Assembly (NCBI RefSeq): GCF_006345805.1
Contig: NC_043006.1
Location: 104,532,001 to 104,596,000, forward strand
Length of the DNA stretch: 64,000 nt
Origin: Octopus sinensis
Lineage: Eukaryota
Direction of reading: 5' to 3'
Below are positions 1 to 10,605 of the stretch, piece by piece. Below the pieces are notes generated by a model. It saw nothing but the letters and a program-made list of their open reading frames with translations. It was not told the DNA's origin and did no database searches. A program made the position numbers and the translations under genes. Every line of letters begins with the position of its first letter. Position 1 is the first letter of the stretch.

Positions 1-180
1 TTTGAATCTGTTACCATTACCATTGTATCAATCAGTTTTTCGCATTCTCAAGTCATGTATTAAAACTAGTAACTTGAAACGATCGTAAATGCTACCTTCT
101 TCCTTTTTAATTAATTAAATTAATGACATACCAGCGAAAACGACAAGATCCTCCTAGTTATTTTCATCCATTTTCTTCAC

Positions 181-248
<68 letters not shown>

Positions 249-316
249 TTATACACATATATATATATATATACAGAGAGAGAGATAAACAGTGAGAGAA
301 ACAGAGAGATAGATAG

Positions 317-372
<56 letters not shown>

Positions 373-1084
373 GTCAACATATATATATATATAGACATTC
401 ACATATGCACACACAATGCATGTATATGTATATATATATATATGTGTGTTTGTGTGTGTGTGTCTGTGTGTGTGCGTGTGTATACATATGTATATAAAAA
501 TATTTAAGCAGGGAGAGAGAGTGACAGAGAGAGAGAGAGAGCGAGAGAAAGGGAACGAAACTTCATGGAAATTTTATACAGTAATAAATTGGGAGATCCA
601 GTGTGAATAGAATTGAATATTTGTATTTCGTGTGTATTATTACATACTCGCGAATGCATGCGTAGGTGTATTCGTGCGCGCTTGTGTCTATGTGTGTATT
701 ATACCCGTTTATATTGCGAAATATATAAATTATTATTTTGATTGGTGTAAGATGGGATGATGGATATCAACAGATATTTCCTAACCATTTTATAACATTA
801 ATATTTATATTTTATGCATATTTGCCTCTATCTTGAGTCGTTTTTCACCGGTGTCGCCTTTAAAAGAAAAATAAATAAATGGTCGTATAAGAAATGTTCG
901 TCAAACGATAATGCTGTCCATACATGAACCACGGAAAATTAATGGGGTAACATTGACATGGAGTAATAAACCATCTATCAAATAAAAGGTACGTTTTTAT
1001 ATAACTATTCCTTACTGAAACCTTGATATCTTGAAGGGTGCCATAATGGTTATCTACAAGAAAGACGTTTTTCAGCCACACATG

Positions 1085-1162
<78 letters not shown>

Positions 1163-1262
1163 GGAGTAAACACATAAATGTGAAACAAGGTGGAAAAAAG
1201 AGTACTCAAATACCAGTGGTAGAGTAATATGCTTAAATAAAGCATATATAAATATATATATA

Positions 1263-1372
1263 TTGGCCTGCTCGCTTGGCCAGCGGGATGGCGTTATTTG
1301 AAGGCCAAAACAATGCGAAGCGCATTGTGACCAGCGATGTGTAGCAACATCTGATATCCTGGTCGGTAACGG
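1263..1372 (+). mobile_element. 3' tail fragment of a tRNA-derived SINE (same tail as the 56100-56402 copy)
   Basis: Matches the reverse complement of 56103-56215 (gcctgctcgcttggccagcggg...cattgtgaccagcgatgtg...gtcggt). Confidence 0.75.
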
Positions 1373-2557
1373 TGACGGTGACAGTGATATATATACACAC
1401 TAACATATATATATATTTACATACATATATGTTAGTGTATATGTTTGTGTGTCTGTGCATGCACATGGACGTGTGCGCAAGAGTGCATCCATCCACCTGG
1501 CTGTCTGTCGGTCAATCTATCTATGTATATATATATATACATATCCCCATGTATGTATGTGTGTGTGTGTGTATGCATGTATGTATGCATGTATGCATGT
1601 ATATCTGTGTGCGAGAGTGTGATGTGTTTGTGTGTGTTTGTGTGTGTGTGTGTGCGTGCGTAATAAGATTTTCAGGATTCGAACTAATCAGTTATTTAGA
1701 TAGTAACAATATGAAGGTAGATTCAGGCATAGTGCACCTGTGTACCAATAACATGTACAGATATATACGTACTTACTAAAGTAAATATGAATTTTTTGTT
1801 CCATTTATGTATGCACACACAAGAACTGGCTGAATACGCTACGTGTATGTTGGAGATAGATGTATAATAAATTATAAGAATAATAATAATGATAATAATA
1901 ATAATAATAAATGTATAAATAAATATATAAATATATTTGTCACATACCTGTGATAAATATAAGACAGAAATAGATAAAATAAATAAATGAATTTATATAA
2001 ATGGCATGGATACACGCAACATAGGAAGCGGATCCATACACACACAAAATCACAGACACACTAGAGAGTTCAATGACGGCCATAATAATGTCAACAACAC
2101 AATTAACAACGACAGCAGCAGCAGCCGCAGCGGCCGTGACAACGATGGCATTTATTACAACAACTACCATAATGGTAACAGCGTAGGCGGACACATGTAG
2201 AGAGAGGAATACAGGAACTGTAACATGTAGGACAGCAGCAGCAGAATGGGGTGAGAGGATGGGACAGAGGGGATGCCACACAGCTGCAAAAAACTATGAC
2301 ACACACTCACACACACATACACACACATACACACATAAGGATACACATCTTAGAAGAATAGAATTTAGTATGTGGAGCAAGAACACACGAAAACGAAAAG
2401 TGTCGCTGAAGATTCCACAGATGTGGGACAAAAGGTTTCTGGACAATGGATGTGAGTTAAGATAAGAAAATAAGAACCTTAATAAACGAGTGAAAAAAAA
2501 TATATATAGTGTGTATGTTTATTTGGCAAAAAGTAATTACCACCCCGAAATACAATA

Positions 2558-2592
<35 letters not shown>

Positions 2593-2755
2593 AGATCGGT
2601 AGCCACTACACACATTTTTTCTCTCCTTGTTTTTTTTCTGTGTCCCTTTCTGTAGAAGAGCATAGGTTAGAAACGTAAAAGCCTTTTTCAATCCCTGGGC
2701 GTTATACTAATACATCTGTTTGTTTTGTACACCATCAGTCTCCATCTTTTGATTA
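2593..2755 (+). mobile_element. Penelope-type pseudo-LTR fragment with a damaged hammerhead-like motif (2646-2681)
   Basis: Inverted copy at 4468-4643. Contains CTTT-CTGTAGA-A-GAGC-ATAG-GTTA-GAAA-CG-T-A-AAAG with stem II mutated. Confidence 0.6.
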
Positions 2756-3108
2756 TATATATATAAAGAGGGAAATGGTAAAATTGCTTGTGTATTATTT
2801 CATGATGATACGCAGAATGTATTCCAGCTTCGTGTTTTGTTTTATAATCATTCTGCAAAGAATATTTCCAGAATTTCCAACTCCAATATATACCTCACGT
2901 ATGACTACAATGGGGACAACAATCAAATACTAGATTCTAATATTGGAAGAACCAGATGTGCTTCAATAGGCAACAGCTTCTATTTTACCCTACCCATTTA
3001 ATTCATATATAAATGTGTGTGTATATATCTATATATATATACATATATATATATGTGTGTGTGTGTGTGTGCGTGCATAAAATACATACACACACATAAA
3101 CACACACA

Positions 3109-3139
<31 letters not shown>

Positions 3140-3479
3140 GTATGTATATAGGTCCATCTTACACAGAGTACAAACGACAGAGAAATTTATAGGGGTGGAG
3201 GAGAGGTATTATAAGCTCCACAGCTGTTTCTGGTAGGTTTAGTTCATCAAAAAATGCGGTCATAAGGATATATTTAAGATAGGATAAGAAAGGCCTCCAT
3301 CCCCAGGGTAAAGAAGATTTTACATTTCAAATTTTGATGCAGAGAAGTTTAAAAATGGATTCCACCTTCTGTTGAACGCACCAACAAAGTCTTCCATAAC
3401 CTTTTAAAAATTAAAAGCTAAGTATCTCTTTTGAAAGGAACACTAAAGTGCCCAATTCCTCAGTCCGTCTGCATATGCC

Positions 3480-3651
3480 CCTCACCCGAATAAATGAGCA
3501 TATGCAGACAGACAGAAACTTTCCAAGTTTCCATCAAGGCAGCCCAACGCAAGAGAGACGATCTCAGAATTATGGAAGCCCTAATTATAAACAAATTGAA
3601 TCCAGCCATTAACAACAGGAATGAACTACACGAAGCAGAATGGTTGCTATA
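3480..3651 (+). mobile_element. Penelope-like element remnant, GIY-YIG endonuclease C-terminus
   Basis: Manual translation gives ...KRDDLRIMEALIINKLNPAINNRNELHEAEWLL*, similar to the 47081 ORF end (LRIKEAIFIHRLRPQINNRLE). Confidence 0.7.
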
Positions 3652-3739
3652 GCAACAATAGTCCGCGCATGGCACCTTCTTCCCTCCCTACCACCACCAC
3701 ATCTGAGCAACAACCTTTTCCAACTACCCCTTTCCCGAA

Positions 3740-3777
3740 TGTCTTGAGGAAGAGATCCTCGTTCCGAAATATAGAAA
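3740..3777 (+). ncRNA. Degenerate minimal hammerhead ribozyme 3' of the Penelope remnant
   Basis: TGTC-TTGAGGA-A-GAGATCCTCGTTCC-GAAA-TA-T-A-GAAA. The core has C3>U and stems I and II are imperfect. Same GAAA-TA-UH layout as 46727-46766. Confidence 0.4.
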
Positions 3778-3954
3778 TACAAAGCAAAACTGTAAGTTTG
3801 TTCCGTTTGCTTTTCATTTTGTTGTTTACTTTGTACCTTCTCGCATCGTTCGATCTTTACACATCGACATTCTTTAATGTGATACCTCACGATGCTTCAC
3901 CGAAACTGCTTCATTTTATAAACATACAGTTGTGTGTGTGTTTGTGTGTGTGTG

Positions 3955-4014
3955 TATTCTTTTACTCTTTTACTTGTTTCAGTCATATGACTGCGGCCAT
4001 GCTCAAGCACCGCC
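3955..4014 (-). mobile_element. SINE family A, 3' tail only
   Basis: Reverse complement of ggcggtgct..agcatggccgcagtca.atgactgaaacaagtaaaagag, the tail of the full copies. Confidence 0.8.
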
Positions 4015-4059
4015 TATATCAATGCACTACTCATAGGCATACTCATATATGATATAGTA

Positions 4060-4369
4060 GAGGACCATGGCCTAGTGGTTAGAGCAGCGGACTCGCGGTC
4101 GAGAGAGTGCGGGTTCGAATCTCAGACCGGGCGATGTGTGTGTTTATGAGCGAAACACCTAAGCTCCACGCGGCTCCGGCAGACTGTAATGGCGAAACTT
4201 CTGCTGACTCTTTCACCACAAACTTCTCTCACTCTTTCCTCCTGCATCTTGCAGCTCACCTGCGATGGACCGGCATCCCGTCCAGGTGGGGAACCTATAC
4301 GCCAAGAAACCAGGAAACCGGCCCTTATGAGCCAGGCATGGCTCGAGAAGGAACAAACAACAAACAACA

Positions 4370-4370
<1 letters not shown>
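4060..4370 (+). mobile_element. tRNA-derived SINE (family C head, V-domain-like body)
   Basis: A-box tggcctagtggttaga and B-box gggttcgaatc, then ctgcgatggaccggcatcccgtccagg and a (CAAA)n tail. Confidence 0.85.
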
Positions 4371-4453
<83 letters not shown>

Positions 4454-4467
4454 TATGGAGAGTTTAC

Positions 4468-4643
4468 AAAAAACAACAAAAGACGAAGACAGGTGGTGTA
4501 CAAAACAAACAGATGTATTAGTATAACACTCAGGAATAGAAAAGTCTTTTACGTTTCGAGCCTACGCTCTTCTACAGAAAGGGACACAGAAAAAACAAGG
4601 TGAGAAACAAGGAGAGAAAAATGTGTGTAGTAGCTAACGATCT
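4468..4643 (-). mobile_element. Penelope-type pseudo-LTR fragment
   Basis: Homologous to 2593-2755 in the opposite orientation; carries the hammerhead fold at 4546-4581. Confidence 0.65.
4546..4581 (-). ncRNA. Minimal type I hammerhead ribozyme, CUGUAGA (A6>U) variant
   Basis: Minus strand CTTT-CTGTAGA-A-GAGC-GTAG-GCTC-GAAA-CG-T-A-AAAG. Stems I and II are perfect, stem III is palindromic ACGU, cleavage triplet GUA. Confidence 0.6.
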
Positions 4644-5521
4644 TATATATGTAATGTTTGATACCACACTGTTCATTTCATAAATTGATATGTACACTGA
4701 GATGCATTTGCTTTTCCTCCAGAAAGTATTAGAGTGTTTTATTCTCAGTATGTATCACATAGAATGCTTTTATTTCTTGTGCATAGTATATCTGTATGAC
4801 GGCATTGTTCCATGTCTTTTTATTAATAATGTTTCCATAAGCTATTGCTGTGAGAAATAAATCAAGAAGATCACATGCGCAGCTGCTCAACGTTCTTTTA
4901 ATATAATGAATGATTATTGGTTTTGAGGAACATGGAACTCCATCACTTCAATCCCATTCACAACGTGGCAAGTTACTGGTCAATCTTCATATAAAACCAG
5001 CGAGTAAAGCCATCGGACATTTTTCATTGTTTTGTTTCATTGTTTCATGGTTTCAGTTATCACTAAGTGTTAAGCACTTTGTCTACACACATAACATCCA
5101 GTGTTACGTCATATTCTGTTTCCCCACCCCACCACCATGTTAATAATAAATTTTCTGTGGGTTTATTCTCCTTCTAACGTATTTTAGTTTGTCTGTATAG
5201 GGTATGCCTGTTATTTGTCTAAGGAGTAGCAACTTAGCTGATATTCCAGGATACAGGGACACACGTAAGAAGATTTACACTGCTTACACCTTACACTATT
5301 CCTCATTTAAAGAATGTATGATTCATTTCACTAGCATATTTTTTTATCCCGCCAATCAGTGACAGTTTTCCTCTGATCCCATATTTACCTAATGGGAACA
5401 GTGGGAAGCGGGGCTACGCTTTACCTTTAATTATGTCTATTTCGCGCTCTGGGAATAATCATTAAGCTATTTTTCTCTCTCTCTCTTCTTTCTTTCTTTT
5501 TTCTTTCTTTCTATCTTTCTT

Positions 5522-5552
<31 letters not shown>

Positions 5553-5570
5553 CCTCTGTGTATATATATA

Positions 5571-5666
5571 TAGGCCGAGGCGTGGCTGTGTGGTAAGTAG
5601 CTTGCTTATACATGTAGTTTGTAAGCAAGCTATTGACCACACAGCCACGCCTCGGCCTATGAATGA

Positions 5667-5699
<33 letters not shown>

Positions 5700-5937
5700 T
5701 ATGTGTGTGTGTATGTATGAAGGTATGTGCGTGTGTTTGTGTTTGTCTCCCCCCAACATCGCTTGACAAGTGATGGTGGTGTGTTTACATCCCCGTAACT
5801 AAGCGGTTCGGCAAAAGAACCGATAGGATAAACACTACGGTTCCCAAAAATAAGTCCTGAGGTCGATTTGCTCGACTAAAGGCGGTGCTCCAGCATGGCT
5901 GCAGTAAAATAACTGAACTATTAAAAGAATAAAGAAT
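5571..5937 (+). mobile_element. SINE family A with a fold-back duplicated head
   Basis: Head ggcgtggctgtgtggtaagtagcttgctt; 3' half ccaacatcgcttgaca...ggcggtgctccagcatgg. The middle is replaced by an inverted copy of the head. Confidence 0.85.
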
Positions 5938-5986
5938 ATATATATATATATAATATATATATAGTATATTATATATATATATATAT

Positions 5987-6032
<46 letters not shown>

Positions 6033-6218
6033 TATTATTATATATAAGGCTTAGTAAAATAAATACTTTGCCACATATGAACTCATTAGAAATAGCAGCT
6101 AAAGAAATTTCTTCAGCTATTTCTAATACTTAAAGAAGATCTCTCTCAGATAGTGTTTGCCTAAACTAACTCACAAAAGTATGGGGGAAAAACATAAAAA
6201 ATCAAGTGCAAAGTTATT

Positions 6219-6268
6219 TGAGAACGTACGTTTCTAGATAGTCAATCGACATTTATTTCTTCAGCTCA
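6219..6268 (-). ncRNA. Minimal type I hammerhead ribozyme, copy 1
   Basis: TGAG-CTGAAGA-A-ATAAATGTCGATTGACTATCTA-GAAAC-GTAC-GTT-CTCA. Stem I is TGAG/CTCA and stem III is palindromic ACGUACGU. Confidence 0.7.
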
Positions 6269-6761
6269 GAATTCCTTGAATCGGATTTGGGAACACTTAA
6301 AGTCGGGAGCATACCCTTTCGGCTTCTAATCACCTATAGAATCTTCTCGAACTAAAAGTGCTATCAAATTCGAATATGCAGCGAAGAATTTCTGCTCTCC
6401 CCTTTCCACCAGCGTGGGTTAAAATTGACAACACCAAGTATTAAATGAAGACCGCAGAATTTAGCTAAGAGAGATGAATTTAATTTCAACAATTGAGGGT
6501 AAAATAATTATTATTATCAGTTTCACCAAGTGTTCAGTATGTAAAGGGACCATTATAGGCGAATCAAAATATTACATATATAAGGGCTTAGTAAAATAAA
6601 TTACTTTGCTACATACTGAACTCATTAGAAATAGCAGCTAAAGAAATTTCTTCAGCTATTTCTAATACTTAAAGAAGATCTCTCTCAGATAGTGTTTGCC
6701 TAAACTAACTCACAAAAGTATGGGGGAAAAAAACATTAAAAAATCAAGTGCAAAGCTTATT

Positions 6762-6813
6762 TGAGAACGTACGTTTCTAGATTAGTCAATTCGACATTTC
6801 TTTCTTCAGCTCA
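6762..6813 (-). ncRNA. Minimal type I hammerhead ribozyme, copy 2
   Basis: TGAG-CTGAAGA-A-AGAAATGTCGAATTGACTAATCTA-GAAAC-GTAC-GTT-CTCA, 543 nt from copy 1. Confidence 0.7.
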
Positions 6814-7494
6814 GAATTCCTTGAATCGGATTTGGGAACACTTAAAGTCGGGAGCATACCCTTTCGGCTTCTAATCACCTATAGAATTCTGCTCGAACTA
6901 AAAGTGCTATCAAATTCGAATATGCAAGCGAAGAATTTCTGCTCTCCCCTTTCCACCAGCGTGGGTTAAAATTGACAAACACCAAGTATTAACAGTGAAG
7001 ACCGCAGAATTTAGCTAAGAAACGTACGTTCTCAAATAACCTTTGCACTTGATTTTTTAATGTTTTTTCCCCCATACTTTTGTGAGTTAGTTTAGGCAAA
7101 CACTATCTGAGAGAGATCTTCTTTAAGTATTAGAAATAGCTGAAGAAATTTCTTTAGCTGCTATTTCTAATGAGTTCAGTATGTGGCAAAGTAATTTATT
7201 TTACTAAGCCCTTATATATAATGTAATATTTTGAATTCGCCTATAATGGTCCCTTTACATACTGAACACTTGGTGAAACTGATTAATAATTAATTAATTT
7301 TACCCTCAATTGTTGTAAATATATATATATATATATATACATTTGGAATCAACAAGAAGGGATACGGTTGGACATTTATTTTTTAATCACCACAATTGTG
7401 TCGACGCAACGTAGTTCTCCAGGTAAATCTGAAGGTGGACGAGCTTTATACTGTACTCTACTACGTTCTTAACAGAATATGGCATATCTATCTC

Positions 7495-7529
<35 letters not shown>

Positions 7530-7538
7530 ATCTATATA

Positions 7539-7654
<116 letters not shown>

Positions 7655-8728
7655 CTTATCCACCAATACTTCTTGGAACATGTGTGGGATAATGAATTAG
7701 TAGCATAGAGCTGGAAGCGTATTAGACATGAAGGTAGCCGACGAAAAACAGGAGAGACAGGTAGAGAGTGAGAGGGATGAGATGCGGAAACATGGAAAAG
7801 GAGATGTGGATGGGGAGAATAAACGTAAGAGAAAGACAGAGAGACAGAGAGACAGACAGAGAAACAGACAGGCAGTCAGACAGCAAAAAGGAGGGTGAAA
7901 AAAGATATGGATAGAAAGTGGGAAATTGAAAACGAAAAGTGTAAGAGAGCAAGGATGAGAGAAAACCGAGAGAGAAAATAGAGGAGAATACAGCATCCAA
8001 ATATATGTATTAATATAATAAATGCTTCTTTAGATTTCAATAACAGACCGTAGTATGAAATCCTAACACTGGAGAAGCTTGTAATGGACAGGGTGTCTTA
8101 TACAGGTGGGGAAGTAAATAAATAATTCTGAAACGTTTAATATTTTCATACTTGCATAACTGTGAGCACTTAGTGACATCTTTGATAAAGATGGCGCAAT
8201 GAATAACTGAATAAATGAAAAATGAAAAAAAAAACAAACAACAGAAAAAAAGCACAGAAAACTATGATAAACATATTATCGTTTACTTTTTAACAGACTG
8301 GATTCTTTTTATAATATGTTACAGAAATCAACAAATATAATTCTTTATAGATTCTTTATAATTCACAAGTCTATGAAACAAAATAAATGACGTGTACGAC
8401 GTAGAAGCGGAGAAATCGAAAGTGATATTTCAGTATAATAACTAAGGTGAACGAATGTACTTAGAGCCCGGATAGCAGGAGCCATATGAATCTAGAGTTG
8501 AGTATTTGCATTAAACAATGTCAATATTTCACACGTTAATCAGAAAACGATATTTCGCTCTACATCTGAGGCGAATGTATAGACGTGTAGCAGGAAACAT
8601 GTAATTCTAAAAGATGAATATCTGCATCATACAATGTCAATATTTCACACGTTGGTCACAAGAAGACCGACACCTGCGTTACGTAGATATTATTAACTTT
8701 TGCGATGATAAAGGAACATACTACAGTT

Positions 8729-8734
8729 ATTATC

Positions 8735-8772
<38 letters not shown>

Positions 8773-8820
8773 TAATAATAATAATAATAATAATAATATA
8801 ATAATAATAATAACAACAAC

Positions 8821-8873
<53 letters not shown>

Positions 8874-9019
8874 CAACAACATAACAAAACAATAATAATA
8901 ATTAGAAGAAGAAGAAGAGGATGAAGAGGAAGAAGAAGAAGAAGAAGAAGAAGAAGAAGAAGAAGAAGAAGAAGAAGAAGAAGAGAAGAAGAAGAAGAAG
9001 AAGAAGAAGAAGAGAAGAA

Positions 9020-9051
<32 letters not shown>

Positions 9052-9069
9052 AGAGAAGAAGAAGAAGAA

Positions 9070-9101
<32 letters not shown>

Positions 9102-9117
9102 AGAAGAAGAGGAAGAA

Positions 9118-9152
<35 letters not shown>

Positions 9153-9280
9153 AGAACAACAACAACAACAACAACAACAAAGGACAACAAAGACGGCAAA
9201 ATCAACTACAACAAAAACAGCAGCAGCAGGAGCAGAAATGACAACTAAAACAGCAGCAGCAACAACAACAACAACAACGC
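8729..9280. repeat. Compound trinucleotide microsatellite (AAT, GAA, CAA, CAG)
   Basis: Directly visible; explains the poly-amino-acid ORFs in the track. Confidence 0.97.
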
Positions 9281-9399
9281 ACGCCAAAGGGCGAGTTGTA
9301 CCTTCGGGTGCTAATTACCAACGATCGAAAGAATAAGAGATTTCTTAGGTGCAGAAGTTATCAGTATTGTTGAGATTCCGGGTTTGAAAAACTGTACTT

Positions 9400-10040
9400 T
9401 GCCCGGATTTTTATATTCAGCCAGAAATATCAAAGTAGCCATTGATAAAGTTACAGCTTTCAAGAATGGAAAGGAGAATTGCAGAGCAAATAACTTTGTG
9501 GAGAAAGGACTATATGGCTAATTTATACACCAAACCGGAAAATTTACAATTGAAAAGTACTGGTTGTTTCTGAGTAATGGGAATTGAGCAGAGAAAAGGG
9601 AGAATTAGAATCAGTTGCTCAAGAACAAATCATTAGAACGAATTTGCTACAGATAAAAGCTGAAAAAACTCCGACAGCAAAAGCAGAATGTGTAGAAAAG
9701 AGGACGAAAGTGTTAATCATCTTTAAAGTAAATGCAGCGACCTAGAATTAAAAGAGTAAACGGAGACATGAGTGCATGATTTGTCAGTAAAAATAGTTTG
9801 CGTGTTTGTTAACTTGAAAGAACATGAATGAGCAGAGAATTCGATGGTGAATAATAATTATAAGATTCTATAGGATTTTACCATAGAGTGCGTGGTGAGA
9901 CCAGATATGTTCCTGTGGAGACAAGTAAAACTGTATGAGATCACACAGTTTTTTACTCCATACGATAGTTAAGTAGATACCAAGGAAACTCAGATAAGTG
10001 GAAAATACGGGGATCTAACCAAAGTGATGAAAAGATTGTG
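9400..10040 (+). mobile_element. Decayed R4/Dong-type RLE non-LTR retrotransposon, 3' part
   Basis: Frameshifted translations SKSRMCRKEDESVNHL*SKCSDL (CCHC knuckle), KE(Y)KRRHE and NNYKIL*DFTIECVVRPD. Confidence 0.65.
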
Positions 10041-10109
10041 GAACACAAAACAGAATTGTCTTTGTGTTAAGCGGCCCACTCAGTCCAACGTCCGAACTCT
10101 TACTTAAAA

Positions 10110-10605
10110 CTTACTTACTTGTACTTGTGGCGACATTCACCCTGGCCGGGTTGAGTCGGCTTCTTCCACCACCCTCGAGGCATTGTATTCGCCATTGAGA
10201 ATTCATGGAAGAAGATTCGTGGGAATATGTGTATTTGACAAGCGGTCCCCAACAATCCCGCATGTGGAGACATCCTGTTTGCCGCAGATTGTCCGCAGAC
10301 GCAGGGACAGAACTAACGAGGAGCCGCCGGTTGCCGAAACAGACACCCCGAGGATTTTCGCCAGTGCATAATCAAGTACCTGCACACCTGGGGAACTACG
10401 TCGCGTGGAAACAATTGTAGAGATTAAAATATAAATGTCCAACCGTATTCACTCTGCCGGGTTGTGGCCCTAATACCACTTGGTGTCAGACCAATCCGCC
10501 TTGGGTGGCCCTACCAGGAACCGAAGTTCCCGACGGCATAGCTCTGACACTACCCGTTGCCAGCGTCCCCACCATGGTGAGGAGGGGTTGGACTTTGGGG
10601 ACGCT
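10110..10605 (-). mobile_element. 496-bp non-autonomous retroelement with an RTE-like 5' UTR and (AAGT)-like tail, flanked by a TSD
   Basis: TSD cttacttaaaa at 10099-10109 and 10606-10616. The 5' part has gagctatgccgtcggg..ggtagggccacccaagg, resembling RTE/Expander 5' ends from recall. The 3' end is acaagtacaagtaagtaag. Confidence 0.7.
10488..10605 (-). ncRNA. Candidate HDV-like (nested double pseudoknot) ribozyme
   Basis: P1 AGCGTCC/GGACGCT; P2 AGTCCAA/TTGGTCT (1 mismatch); P3 CCCC/GG(T)GG; L3 TCCTCACCAT; J1/4 GGCAAC; J4/2 GCGGA with the candidate catalytic C at 10498. Confidence 0.55.

Larger units (their letters stand above)
6045..7318 (-). mobile_element. Tandem 543-bp hammerhead-containing non-coding repeat with a 5' inverted segment (Penelope pLTR / retrozyme-like)
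   Basis: 6045-6470 repeats at about 6580-7020. 7018-7318 is the reverse complement of about 6480-6779. No ORF. Confidence 0.8.

Noticed and set aside
2006-2200. 64-aa Asn/Ser/Gly-rich ORF
   Set aside because: Built from CAA/CAG/AAT micro-repeats, with no splice partner or domain.
4060-4135. tRNA-like sequences here and at 56330-56402 and 58073
   Set aside because: They continue into SINE bodies and lack a proper acceptor stem or terminator; they are SINE heads, not tRNA genes.
5201-5264. Possible upstream exon (GMPVICLRSSNLADIPGYRDT, phase 0 to 1, gtaaga donor) compatible with exon A
   Set aside because: Only splice-site appearance supports it, 25 kb from exon A; chance occurrence is likely.
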